Notes: generated from the sequence alone by a model not told the origin. A stretch of 64,000 nucleotides of DNA from Candidatus Firestoneibacteriota bacterium (GCA_903891415.1 CAITEH010000085.1:24560-88559), one strand, 5' to 3'; counted from the first letter of the stretch, positions 1 to 9,243 are shown. Program-made: numbers and translations.

Positions 1-39
1 GAACAGCTCTTTTGGAAAGAAAAGTTTATTATTGGATGT

Positions 40-116
40 GGGCGCTTAGCTCAGTTGGTTAGAGTATCAGCTCGACAAGCTGAGGGTCACTGGTTCAAGC
101 CCAGTAGCGCCCACCA
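40..116 (+). tRNA. tRNA-Val(GAC)
   Basis: Cloverleaf: acceptor GGGCGCT/AGCGCCC, anticodon arm TCAGC-TCGACAA-GCTGA (GAC at 74-76), T arm ACTGG-TTCAAGC-CCAGT, encoded CCA. Confidence 0.95.
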
Positions 117-284
117 TATACCACTCCCCGAGTAGTTCTTCTGGTCAGGTATATGGCAAGCCATAAACTACTCCGTGTGAAGTGAAATAGTTTGGGGCGG
201 GTACCTGGCATGACCTAAATATAAAGGGCGTAAGCCATGCCGGAGAAGAAGCGGAAAATTCTCTGATGAGGAAAAGCACAAAAG

Positions 285-830
285 ATGAAATGTTCAAATC
301 ATAAAAAAAAAGAAGCCGTTACGGCCTGTTCTCTTTGCGGGACGGCTTTATGCGCGAAGTGTAATTTAACGCTTGCCGGGAAGAACTACTGTCAAAAATG
401 CGCGGACGAACTGGTAAGAGACGGCGCTATTGTGACGGTCCGGAAGCTTTATGAGATACTGGAAGAAAAAAGAAAGCATTACCGGGTACATCTCCTCCTG
501 AATCTTAAAATAGCGTCTGTTGAGAATAAAGAAATGCTCTTGAAAGGGATCCTCCACAACATAAGTTCAGGAGGCATGGCGGCGCTCAGTGATAAACCTG
601 TCTCTATTAATGAAATAGTTCGTCTTTCCTTTGTTCTGCCGACCAGAGAGCACCTGGAAAATCTGCAGGGCGGGGTAATAAGATCAGAAAAGATAGGCGA
701 GAAATATAACCTCGGATTTATTTTTATGAACCTGGGGGAAAAACAAAAAATTATTGATGACTTCCTGATGGATTTCAGAAAGAAAAAATACGCGCAGGAC
801 AGCGCGAACATGTCAAACTACCTGTTCTAA
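285..830 (+). CDS. B-box-type zinc finger fused to PilZ domain
   Basis: N-terminal CxxH..CxxC..CxxC..CxxC; PilZ motifs RKHYR (RxxxR) and NISSGG (D/NxSxxG). Confidence 0.8.
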   Translation: MKCSNHKKKEAVTACSLCGTALCAKCNLTLAGKNYCQKCADELVRDGAIVTVRKLYEILEEKRKHYRVHLLLNLKIASVENKEMLLKGILHNISSGGMAALSDKPVSINEIVRLSFVLPTREHLENLQGGVIRSEKIGEKYNLGFIFMNLGEKQKIIDDFLMDFRKKKYAQDSANMSNYLF

Positions 831-856
831 CAGCTTGCTTCCCCGTATGAACTGAA

Positions 857-885
857 TTGACAGTTATTGGCCGCTGTGCTATACT
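857..885 (+). promoter_or_regulatory. sigma70-type promoter
   Basis: TTGACA-17 bp-TATACT with extended TG, upstream of the 943 CDS. Confidence 0.7.
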
Positions 886-942
886 TTTGTTCAGAGAGAT
901 ATTTTTGGTTCTTTGGTCCGGCTTCACGGGAAAAGGATTTAA

Positions 943-2406
943 ATGAGAAAATTTACCGCGGTTCTCATATTATTTATTGTATCAGCAAGTTTCTGCGCCG
1001 GCGGCGAAGGGACTACTGCCGTAAATTTCCTCAGGATCGGGACCGGAGCCAAGGCCTCGGGCATGGGTGAAGCGCAGGTGGCAGTTTCTGACAGTGTTGA
1101 TTCTGTCTACTGGAACCCGGCGGGCCTGGCTTTAGTAACAAACACAGAGATCAGTTTAATGCATCTGGTCTACTGGCAGGGAATAAGTTCTGAGTATGCC
1201 GCCGTTGCCTTTCCTCTCGAAAAAATCGGAGTTATCGGCATCGGTTTTAATTACCTCAGCAGCGGTAATATTAATAAGACTATTGAGAATCTTACCGGAA
1301 CTGATTACGATCTCTCCGGTTCCTTCAGTTACACCGCCTTTGCCGGAACTGTGTCCTTTGGCAGTAAGTTTATGCTTGAAAAAATGCCGTTGAATCTGGG
1401 GGCCAGCGTTAAACTGGTCGGGGATAAAATTGAGGACGACCTTGCTATGGGCGCGGTGCTGGACGCCGGCGCTATATTGCAGTTCACCAAGAATGCCTAT
1501 CTGGGCCTGATGCTTAATAATATAGGCATTACCTACTCCAAAAGCCTTCCTATGCCTATGGAACTTAAAGTGGGTACCGGCCTTGCTTTGAATGTGCTTG
1601 AAAACAACCATTTTATACTGGCGGCTGTTGATGCTGTTTTGCCTCTTGACTCTTCCCTTAAATTTAACACCGGAATAGAATACAATTTTCAAAAGACCTT
1701 CTTCCTGAGATTCGGGTATAAAATAAATTATCCTCTTGAAAATATCACCGCGGGCGCCGGTTTCAGGCTCATGATAGACAAAACCCAGTATGAGCTTAAT
1801 TATTCTTTCACGCCCGGGCTTGATGACGTGGGTACTTCACACAGGATAAGCCTGCTCATTCGCATGGATCAAAAGATCGCCAGGGATACCGGTGAGACGG
1901 AGGGCGTAAGCGCGCCTGTTAAACAGATCCAGGTGACCAAATATGACGCGGTAAAGGAACCGGTCCCTGAAATACTTCTGCCTGTTAAAGGGTCCAATGA
2001 TACCGCAAATTATAACGTGACTGTTTCCGATACCGTACGCGAGGCGTTTAAGGCCTCAGGCAAATTTGAGATCCTCGAGGGCAAGAAAATAGATGAATTA
2101 TTGAAGGTCAAGCACCTGCAGCTCTTTGGCTGTACGACCAAGGAATGCGCTATTGAGGCAGGGAAGGCCCTGAATGCCGATTATGTCCTCATAGGAACGG
2201 TGAAGAATCCGGACAAAAAATTTGAGATCGCTCTTAAACTTATTGATGTTGAAACCGGCAGAGCAATTCTTGCCGAAAGGAAGTTTGAAACAGAGACCAT
2301 GTCAGAAGGCCTGCAAAAAGTGGCGGCCCAGATCGGCGCTATGAACAGGTTCCAGGAAAAGAGACGCACTATTGCAATTCTCGACCTCCAGGATATTTCC
2401 AAGTAA
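943..2406 (+). CDS. PorV/PorQ (UPF0164)-like outer-membrane barrel with C-terminal CsgG/TolB-N-like domain
   Basis: Signal peptide; FLRIGTGAKASGMGEA..YWNPAGL motif; barrel ends SHRISL; C-terminal GCTTKECAIEAGKALNADYVLIGTV. Confidence 0.75.
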   Translation: MRKFTAVLILFIVSASFCAGGEGTTAVNFLRIGTGAKASGMGEAQVAVSDSVDSVYWNPAGLALVTNTEISLMHLVYWQGISSEYAAVAFPLEKIGVIGIGFNYLSSGNINKTIENLTGTDYDLSGSFSYTAFAGTVSFGSKFMLEKMPLNLGASVKLVGDKIEDDLAMGAVLDAGAILQFTKNAYLGLMLNNIGITYSKSLPMPMELKVGTGLALNVLENNHFILAAVDAVLPLDSSLKFNTGIEYNFQKTFFLRFGYKINYPLENITAGAGFRLMIDKTQYELNYSFTPGLDDVGTSHRISLLIRMDQKIARDTGETEGVSAPVKQIQVTKYDAVKEPVPEILLPVKGSNDTANYNVTVSDTVREAFKASGKFEILEGKKIDELLKVKHLQLFGCTTKECAIEAGKALNADYVLIGTVKNPDKKFEIALKLIDVETGRAILAERKFETETMSEGLQKVAAQIGAMNRFQEKRRTIAILDLQDISK

Positions 2407-2458
2407 CCACACCGGTTTTTATCCCGTATTCCAAAAAATCAAAAAGACGTCCGATATT

Positions 2459-2535
2459 TTTGTAGTTGCTCAATTCATTGAGCGTTTAAAACACCCGCCT
2501 TCGCCAAAGCGCCCGATTAATCGGGCAACTACAAA
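2459..2535. repeat. GTAG-family REP doublet (REPIN-like)
   Basis: GTAGTT-GCTCAAT-TC-ATTGAGC-G at 2462-2484 and an inverted copy GTAGTT-GCCCGAT-TA-ATCGGGC-G at 2510-2532 on the minus strand. Confidence 0.75.
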
Positions 2536-2565
2536 GTATCCTATTCCGCTCCAGTTCCATCTGTG

Positions 2566-2602
2566 TCTGCCTGCGGCGAGATCTCGCCAAAGTTTTGGCG
2601 GA
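2566..2602. mobile_element. 37-bp palindromic insertion element (TCTGCC..GAGATCTC..GGCGGA)
   Basis: Homologous in reverse orientation to 17906-17948; removing it restores ATCTGTG|CCATC, seen uninterrupted at 4545. Confidence 0.6.
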
Positions 2603-2675
2603 CCATCAGTCCCCCGGCACTCCGTCGGACGGTAATCCTTGAATATTCCGCTTATTTGTGCTAATTTAGGTCTCT

Positions 2676-4469
2676 ATGGACGTAAATAAAATCCGCAATT
2701 TTTGCATAATTGCTCACATTGATCACGGGAAATCCACACTGGCAGACAGGATACTTGAGTTTACCGGCGCTATTTCCTCACGTGATATGAAAGAACAATT
2801 CCTGGATAAAATGGACCTGGAACGGGAACGGGGAATAACCATTAAGGCAAAAGCTGTCCGCCTTAATTATCACTCAAAAGACGGTCAGGATTATGTTTTT
2901 AATCTGATAGATACCCCGGGGCATGTGGACTTTACCTATGAAGTTTCAAAATCACTTTTTGCCTGTGAGGGCGCGCTCTTGATAGTTGATGCCTCCCAGG
3001 GCGTGGAAGCCCAGACCATCGCCAATTATCATCTGGCGAAAGACGCGGGACTGCGGGTCATTCCTGTGATAAATAAAATAGACCTGCAGGGAGCCGAACC
3101 TGAAAAAGTCCTGCTGCAGCTTGAAGAGCTCGGGCTTAATTCCGATGAGGCCATCCTCGCGAGCGCCAAGGAAGGCATAGGGACTGAGGCCATTTTAGAG
3201 GCCCTGGTCCGCCTGGTGCCTCCTCCCAGAGGCCACGCGGAAAAACCTTTAAAAGCGCTTATTTTTGATTCTCTCTATGATGTTTACAAAGGGGTTGTGG
3301 TATTTTTCAGGATATTTGACGGCAGTATTAAGACCGGCTTCAAGGCCTTAATGATGCGGGCCGGTAGAACCTTTGAAGTTACAGAAGTCGGTGTTTTTAC
3401 GCCGGGTATGAAGCAGATAGAATCACTTTCCTGCGGTGAAGTCGGTTATTATATCGCCAATATCAAAAATGTTTCTGATGTGAAAGTCGGGGACACTATA
3501 ACAGATTCTTCAAATCCGGTAAAAGCTCCCCTGCCGGGTTATAAAGAGATCAAGCCCATGGTTTTTTGCGGTTTTTATCCGGTAAATCCCAATGAGTACA
3601 ATCTCCTCAAAGACGCCCTGGAAAAATTAAAACTTAATGATTCTCCGCTGGTCTTTGAACCGGAATCTTCCCGGGCCCTGGGTTTTGGTTTCCGCTGCGG
3701 TTTCCTGGGCCTCTTGCATATGGAAATAGTACAGGAACGGCTGGAACGCGAATATAATATCAATATGATAGCGACCTGCCCCAACGTAAAATATAAGGTG
3801 ATAAAACAGGGCGGGGAAGTGGTTGAAATAGATAATCCCGCGAACCTGCCGGCGCCGGGCGAGATCGCGAAAGTTCTGGAGCCCTACATACTGGTGTCCA
3901 TTATCACGCCTCCGGAGTTTATGAGCAATATAATGGAACTCTGTAAAGCCAAGCGCGGGGTCTATGTGGAAAATCAGTACGTTACCACGACCAGGGTCCA
4001 GATACACTATGAGATCCCCATGGCCGAAGTAGTTTTTGATTTTTTTGATATTTTAAAGAGCGTTTCCAAGGGCTATGCTTCCATGGATTATGAATATATA
4101 GACCACAGGGATTCCGAGCTGGTCAAGCTTGATATTCTTGTGGCCACAGAAATAGTGGACGCGCTTTCTATTATCGTGCACCGCGAAAAGGCCTACTCCA
4201 AAGGCAAAGAACTGGCGCTCCGGCTTAAAGAAATAATACCCCGGCAGATGTTCGAAGTCGCCATTCAGGCCGCTATCGGAAGCAAGATAATAGCCCGGGA
4301 ATCTATACCGGCGCTGAGAAAAAATGTTATCGCGAAATGTTACGGCGGAGATATAACCCGGAAAAGGAAACTTCTAGAAAAGCAGAAAGAAGGCAAAAAG
4401 AGGATGAAAAAAATAGGCCGGGTGGATATCCCCCAGGAAGCCTTCCTAGCCGTACTTAAAATACAGTAA
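2676..4469 (+). CDS. lepA: Translation elongation factor 4 (LepA)
   Basis: [29 protein letters not shown]-terminal [25 protein letters not shown]. Confidence 0.98.
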   Translation: MDVNKIRNFCIIAHIDHGKSTLADRILEFTGAISSRDMKEQFLDKMDLERERGITIKAKAVRLNYHSKDGQDYVFNLIDTPGHVDFTYEVSKSLFACEGALLIVDASQGVEAQTIANYHLAKDAGLRVIPVINKIDLQGAEPEKVLLQLEELGLNSDEAILASAKEGIGTEAILEALVRLVPPPRGHAEKPLKALIFDSLYDVYKGVVVFFRIFDGSIKTGFKALMMRAGRTFEVTEVGVFTPGMKQIESLSCGEVGYYIANIKNVSDVKVGDTITDSSNPVKAPLPGYKEIKPMVFCGFYPVNPNEYNLLKDALEKLKLNDSPLVFEPESSRALGFGFRCGFLGLLHMEIVQERLEREYNINMIATCPNVKYKVIKQGGEVVEIDNPANLPAPGEIAKVLEPYILVSIITPPEFMSNIMELCKAKRGVYVENQYVTTTRVQIHYEIPMAEVVFDFFDILKSVSKGYASMDYEYIDHRDSELVKLDILVATEIVDALSIIVHREKAYSKGKELALRLKEIIPRQMFEVAIQAAIGSKIIARESIPALRKNVIAKCYGGDITRKRKLLEKQKEGKKRMKKIGRVDIPQEAFLAVLKIQ

Positions 4470-4475
4470 AAGAAA

Positions 4476-4587
4476 GGTTCTAGGTGCTAGGTTCTAGGTG
4501 TTGGGTGCTAGGTTTTAGGTACTAGGTTTTAGGTTCCAGCTTTTATCTGTGCCATCTGTCTTAAATCTGTGTCATCAGTTATCGGAG
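4476..4587 (+). repeat. Nine tandem GGTNYTR heptamers followed by ATCTGT-type ~9-mer repeats
   Basis: GGTTCTA GGTGCTA GGTTCTA GGTGTTG GGTGCTA GGTTTTA GGTACTA GGTTTTA GGTTCCA (4476-4538), then ATCTGTGCC ATCTGTCTT AA ATCTGTGTC ATCAGTT ATCGG. Confidence 0.9.
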
Positions 4588-4592
4588 ATAAC

Positions 4593-5663
4593 ATGAAAAT
4601 AGCCATATTCGGAATGCCCCAGTCGGGAAAGAAAACCCTGTTCACGCTTATTGCGGGAAAGAAACTCACTGAGAATGAACTTTCCGCCAACGCGGCGGTT
4701 GAGGGTATTGCGGAGATAATTGACCCGCGGTTTGAAAAACTTGTCGCTCTGTACAATCCGGAAAGCGTTGCCCGGGCAAGAATAAATGTGACCCTCCTGC
4801 CCAAGATAGAAAAGGGCTTTTCTTCAAACTCCGAATTCATTAATGAACTTGATAAATATGACGCTTTTGTCGCGGTTATCCGGGCTTTTACGAATGAAGC
4901 GGTCTATCATGTTTCAGGTACTGTCGATCCGGAAAGGGACCTGGAAGAGATAGTGATGGAACTTGCATTCAACGATCTTTCCTTTGTTGATAAACGCCTG
5001 CAGAAAGTGAGCAATGAAAGAGGGGCAAAGACCCCGCAGACCGAGAAGGAAAAGGAAATACTGCCGAAGTTAAAAGCACACCTGGAGAAGGAACTCCCGC
5101 TCCGCACACTGGTGCTGGCTCCCGAAGAATTAAAACTTATCTCCAGCTATCCTCTGGTCACTTTCAAGGAGCTTATTGTGGCTTTGAATATTTCTGAGGA
5201 GGACCTTAATAACGCGGAGCTGCTCAAGAGATTCGAGGAAAAATATAAGGATAAAAAAATAAGTTTTATGGCGGTTTCGGCTAAACTTGAAGGGGAGATA
5301 GCAGCTATAGAAAATAGGGAAGAACGCGAGGAATTTTTAAGATCCATGAATATCGCGGAACCGGTAGTGGATGTTTTGAAACGCACCTTCTTAAAGGCCA
5401 TGGACCTTATGTCTTTCTTCGGGGTCGGGTCCGACGAGGTCAAACAGTGGCTGGTAAAAAAAGATTCTCCGGCGCCAAAAGCCGCCGGGGCCATACACTC
5501 CGACCTGGAAAAGGGCTTTATCCGGGCCGAGGTAATGAAATATAAGGAATTGATAGAGGCCGGCAGCGAAGCAAAATTGAAAGAGTCCGGAAAATATTAC
5601 CTTAAAGGAAAAGATTACATTGTTGAAGACGGAGATATTTTAAGCATCCGTTTTAATGTCTGA
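4593..5663 (+). CDS. ychF: YchF/Obg-like ATPase (DUF933 C-terminus)
   Basis: P-loop GMPQSGKKT, DPRFEKL, C-terminal APKAAGAIHSDLEKGFIRAEV..GKDYIVEDGDI; ATG 4593 follows GGAG. Confidence 0.9.
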   Translation: MKIAIFGMPQSGKKTLFTLIAGKKLTENELSANAAVEGIAEIIDPRFEKLVALYNPESVARARINVTLLPKIEKGFSSNSEFINELDKYDAFVAVIRAFTNEAVYHVSGTVDPERDLEEIVMELAFNDLSFVDKRLQKVSNERGAKTPQTEKEKEILPKLKAHLEKELPLRTLVLAPEELKLISSYPLVTFKELIVALNISEEDLNNAELLKRFEEKYKDKKISFMAVSAKLEGEIAAIENREEREEFLRSMNIAEPVVDVLKRTFLKAMDLMSFFGVGSDEVKQWLVKKDSPAPKAAGAIHSDLEKGFIRAEVMKYKELIEAGSEAKLKESGKYYLKGKDYIVEDGDILSIRFNV

Positions 5664-6804
5664 ACTTATGCCTGAACCTACCGCGGGCCTTTACGTCCAT
5701 ATACCTTTCTGCCTTTCAAAATGCAGGTACTGCGATTTTAATTCGAGCCCGCTGGCAGGCCGGAGCGGCCTGGCCGGTGCTTACCTGGACGCCCTCCTGG
5801 AAGAAATAGCCGCAAGGTGCCGGGGCCGGAAGATCAGCACTGTCTTCGCGGGCGGCGGGACGCCCACCGTTCTGGCGGAGAAAGAGCTTGAAAAACTTAT
5901 CCGGGGAATATTTAAAAATGCCTGCATAGACAAAAATGCGGAATTTTCCTGTGAAGCAAATCCCGGAACTTTGACGGCCGCCAAGGCAAAACTTCTGTTT
6001 GAACTGGGGGTCAACCGCCTTTCTTTGGGCCTGCAGTCAACGGAGGCCAAGATATTGAAGGTACTGGGAAGGGTGCATTCCTGGCCTGATTTTCTGAAAA
6101 GCTATGATTTTGCCGGGAAAGCGGGTTTTACGAACATTAATGTTGATCTTATCTTCGGGGTTCCCGGGCAGACCCTTTTTGGCCTGAAAAGGGATATTTG
6201 TAAAGTAAAAGAACTCAAACCCGCGCATATTTCCATATATAATCTCATCCTTGAAGAAGGAACGCAAATGCACGCGGATGTGAAGAACGGCCTTTATGCC
6301 CTTCCCGGCGAGGATCTGGATGCCGATATGTATTATATGATAAAGGAAATGCTTGAAACAGCCGGCTACGTGCATTATGAGATCTCAAACTTCGCCAGGC
6401 CGGGAAAAGAATGCAGGCATAATATAATATACTGGAAGGCACAGGATTATATCGGGACGGGCGCGGGGGCCTCCGGAAAGCTCGGAAAAGAAAGGAGCGA
6501 TAATATAGAGGACCCTGAACAATATATAGTCTTGATTAAAAAAAACAAAAATGCTATAATACGAAGTCAAAAATTAAGCCGGAAGGAAGAGCTCAGCGAA
6601 ACTATCTTCCTCGGTTTAAGGATGCTGGAAGGACTAAGCCTTACCACATTCAAGGAAAGAACTGGTAAGGATTTTTTTGTTTTATTTGAAAAAGAATTCA
6701 AAAAACTTTCCGGTCTGGAACTGCTTAAAGAAGAGAACGGCTTTATAAAATTGACCGGAAAAGGGCTATTTCTTTCGAACGAAGTGTTTGTTGAGTTTGT
6801 TTGA
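5656..6804 (+). CDS. hemW: Radical SAM heme chaperone HemW (HemN-like)
   Basis: LYVHIPFCxxKCxYCDF, GGGTPT, HYEISNFA..CRHNxxYW. Confidence 0.92.
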   Translation: MSELMPEPTAGLYVHIPFCLSKCRYCDFNSSPLAGRSGLAGAYLDALLEEIAARCRGRKISTVFAGGGTPTVLAEKELEKLIRGIFKNACIDKNAEFSCEANPGTLTAAKAKLLFELGVNRLSLGLQSTEAKILKVLGRVHSWPDFLKSYDFAGKAGFTNINVDLIFGVPGQTLFGLKRDICKVKELKPAHISIYNLILEEGTQMHADVKNGLYALPGEDLDADMYYMIKEMLETAGYVHYEISNFARPGKECRHNIIYWKAQDYIGTGAGASGKLGKERSDNIEDPEQYIVLIKKNKNAIIRSQKLSRKEELSETIFLGLRMLEGLSLTTFKERTGKDFFVLFEKEFKKLSGLELLKEENGFIKLTGKGLFLSNEVFVEFV

Positions 6805-6824
6805 AATTACAGGAGGAAAGTAAA

Positions 6825-7253
6825 GTGAAGAGTTATCAGATCAAACCCGCCGAAGTCGTGCGGAAATGGTATATCATTGACGGGGCCGATAAAATACTGG
6901 GCAGGATAGCTTCAAGAGCCGCCATGGCCGTTATGGGCAAGAACAAACCTATCTATACCCCCAATGTGGACTGCGGTGATTTTGTTATAGTTATCAACGC
7001 CGACAAAATAAAATTAACAGGCAAGAAACTGGAACAAAAACTTGATTTCACGCATTCAGGATATCCGACCGGTGATAAATACACGCCTTACGGCATCCTT
7101 ATGAAAAAGAATCCCGAAAGAGCCGTAATGCTTGCCGTAAAAGGCATGCTGCCCAAGAATAAACTCAGGGACAGAATGATCAAAAGAATTAAATCATACC
7201 AGGGTGACAAGCACCCGCATACAGCGGAAAAGCCCGTAACCATTAAAGTTTAA
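6825..7253 (+). CDS. rplM: 50S ribosomal protein L13
   Basis: WYIIDG..LGRIAS..GKNKPIYTPNVDCGDFVIVINA; GTG start after AGGAGG. Confidence 0.97.
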   Translation: MKSYQIKPAEVVRKWYIIDGADKILGRIASRAAMAVMGKNKPIYTPNVDCGDFVIVINADKIKLTGKKLEQKLDFTHSGYPTGDKYTPYGILMKKNPERAVMLAVKGMLPKNKLRDRMIKRIKSYQGDKHPHTAEKPVTIKV

Positions 7254-7266
7254 GGAGGAGATTAAA

Positions 7267-7671
7267 TTGCAGGAAACTACCAAGAAAAAGAAAGGTTTAG
7301 TGGTTGGCAGGCGTAAAACTGCCATTGCCAATGTAAGAATTATTGACGGCGACGGCAAAATTACGGTGAATAACAGAAAATTCGAAGAATTTTTTCCCAG
7401 GCCGGTGCATCAGATCTTTGTAAAAAAGGCCATAGAGCTTTTGGGCCTTAATTCCAAGATAGATGTTTACGCGAAAGTCAGGGGCGGAGGTATTACGGGC
7501 CAGGCGGAAGCGATGAAGCTGGGTATAGCAAGAGCCCTGATCCAGTATAATCCTGATTACAGGTCTTTGTTATCCCAGAACGGTTTACTGCTCCGGGATC
7601 CGAGAATGGTTGAAAGAAAGAAATGCGGCAGGGCAGGGGCAAGGAAGAGATTCCAGTTCAGCAAGCGTTAA
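7267..7671 (+). CDS. rpsI: 30S ribosomal protein S9
   Basis: GRRKTAIA, GGGITGQAEA, RDPRMVERKK..ARKRFQFSKR. Confidence 0.97.
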   Translation: MQETTKKKKGLVVGRRKTAIANVRIIDGDGKITVNNRKFEEFFPRPVHQIFVKKAIELLGLNSKIDVYAKVRGGGITGQAEAMKLGIARALIQYNPDYRSLLSQNGLLLRDPRMVERKKCGRAGARKRFQFSKR

Positions 7672-7693
7672 TTTTACTATAATAAATAACCCT

Positions 7694-7736
7694 AAACCCG
7701 CTCTGTCGGAAACGGCAGAGCGGGTTTCTCTTTTTC
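7694..7736 (+). terminator. Rho-independent terminator after rpsI
   Basis: AAACCCGCTCTGTCG-GAAA-CGGCAGAGCGGGTTT followed by a T-rich tract. Confidence 0.85.
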
Positions 7737-7755
7737 TAAAGTAAAGGAAAAGCTG

Positions 7756-7900
7756 GGTGCTAGGTCCTGGGTGTTGGAAGAGGAAAAGAGCAAGATAAAA
7801 AGTGACAGGTGCTGGGAAAAAAGAAAAAGGAAATTCCTAATTCCTAATACCTAGCACCTAGTACCCAGAACCCAGAACCTTTTACCTCGTACCCATAACG
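7756..7900. repeat. Inverted heptamer-array element (rpsI-miaB)
   Basis: Left GGTGCTA GGTCCTG GGTGTTG; purine-rich spacer; right about 10 units TAATACC TAGCACC TAGTACC CAGAACC CAGAACC.. (7831-7900). Confidence 0.88.
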
Positions 7901-7908
7901 TTTTCTTA

Positions 7909-9243
7909 TTGAAGGACCGACTTTTGAACAAAACCTTTTTCATTCATACTTTTGGGTGTCAGATGAATCAATATGATTCTGAACTTGTTACCGGAATACT
8001 GGAAAAGGAAGGCCTCAGCAGGGTTGATGCTTATGAAAAAGCGGACCTCTGCCTCGTTAACTCCTGTTCGGTGCGGGAACTGGCCGCGCAAAAGGCCAGA
8101 AGCGAGCTGGGGTTATTCGCTTTATATAAAAGGCGGAGCAGAAAAAAAGTTTACTACGGAATAATCGGCTGTTTGGCCGAACAGGAGGGGAAAAACCTGT
8201 TCAAGAAATTTCCTGATATGGATCTTATAGCCGGGCCCGCGCATGAAAGGCAGCTCGGACAGTATGTAAGTTCCATACTCGCGGGCAACGGGCCTGTTAT
8301 TAAGACCGGAGAAGGCGTTCAGGATTGGGATGTTGACGCGCTGATAAAAAGGGAAAACAGCAGAAGTGCCTGGGTTACGGTAAGCAAAGGGTGCAATTCT
8401 TTCTGTTCTTACTGTGTAGTCCCGTATGCCAGGGGCAGGGAAGAGAGCCGCCCGTTTTCGGCCATTGTCAGGGAAATTAAGGCGCTTACAGGCAGGGGCT
8501 ATAAGGAAATAAATCTTCTGGGCCAGAATGTAAATACTTACGGCCGGGACCTTAAAGGCGCCGCCGCGGGCAAAGATTTTTCTGCCCTCCTTAAAGAAGT
8601 AAATTCACTCCCCGGGGATTTTTGGGTACGTTTCTGGACTTCGCATCCAAAAGACATCCCCGACACACTGATAGATGCCGTGGCCTCGGGAAAAAAGATC
8701 TGCCCGCTGTTCCACCTGCCGGTCCAGTCAGGCTCTGATGCCATACTTAAAGCCATGAACAGAAAATATACGGCCGGGCAGTATCTTGAAATAACGGAAA
8801 AGATCAGAAAAAAAATTCCCGGAGCCGCCATTTCAACGGATTTTATTGTGGGCTTTCCCGGGGAAACAGAAAAAGATCTTGAGTTATCGCTTGAACTGTA
8901 CAGGAAGGCCCGGTTTGATACCGCGTTTACCTATAAGTATTCCCCCAGAAAAGGGACCCGGGCTTTTGACCTGAAAGATGAGGTCAGTAAGGACGTGAAG
9001 GAAGAAAGATTAAGGGCGCTTATGACCCTGCAAAAAGAGCTGGGCCTGGAGATCAACAGGCAGTTCATCGGCACGGTAAGGGACGTCATGCTTTCGGCTC
9101 CCGGGCCGGGGCCGGCCGGCGGGCGTGACAGGACGAACAGGCCTTTCCTGGTGGAAGGAGTCAAGAAATACAAGGAAGGCGAAATTGTCAGCGTCAAGGT
9201 TACGGGTGCGGCGCCGTTCAGCCTTAAAGGAATAAGTCTATAA
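7909..9243 (+). CDS. miaB: tRNA-2-methylthio-N6-dimethylallyladenosine synthase MiaB
   Basis: HTFGCQMNQYDSE, NSCSVRE, GCNSFCSYCVVPYARGREESR, C-terminal TRAM-like domain. Confidence 0.95.
   Translation: MKDRLLNKTFFIHTFGCQMNQYDSELVTGILEKEGLSRVDAYEKADLCLVNSCSVRELAAQKARSELGLFALYKRRSRKKVYYGIIGCLAEQEGKNLFKKFPDMDLIAGPAHERQLGQYVSSILAGNGPVIKTGEGVQDWDVDALIKRENSRSAWVTVSKGCNSFCSYCVVPYARGREESRPFSAIVREIKALTGRGYKEINLLGQNVNTYGRDLKGAAAGKDFSALLKEVNSLPGDFWVRFWTSHPKDIPDTLIDAVASGKKICPLFHLPVQSGSDAILKAMNRKYTAGQYLEITEKIRKKIPGAAISTDFIVGFPGETEKDLELSLELYRKARFDTAFTYKYSPRKGTRAFDLKDEVSKDVKEERLRALMTLQKELGLEINRQFIGTVRDVMLSAPGPGPAGGRDRTNRPFLVEGVKKYKEGEIVSVKVTGAAPFSLKGISL

Noticed and set aside
117-284. c-di-GMP riboswitch or HDV-like ribozyme after tRNA-Val
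   Set aside because: The diagnostic consensus elements could not be matched by eye; kept only as an unassigned structured region.
263-296. CTGATGAG..GAAA resembling a hammerhead ribozyme core
   Set aside because: No convincing stem II or flanking stems I/III.
2372-2635. 87-aa ORF across the REP region
   Set aside because: It is made of palindromic repeats, with no RBS or protein-like motif.
4476-4538. Heptamer arrays or ATTCCACTGA repeats as a CRISPR array
   Set aside because: There are no 23-50 bp conserved repeats with regular unique spacers, and no cas genes.
9101-9125. GC-rich GGCC palindromes inside miaB (also hemW near 5750-5778)
   Set aside because: They are in frame, in variable loops, and lack the TCCGCC/GGCGGA termini; no evidence of insertion.
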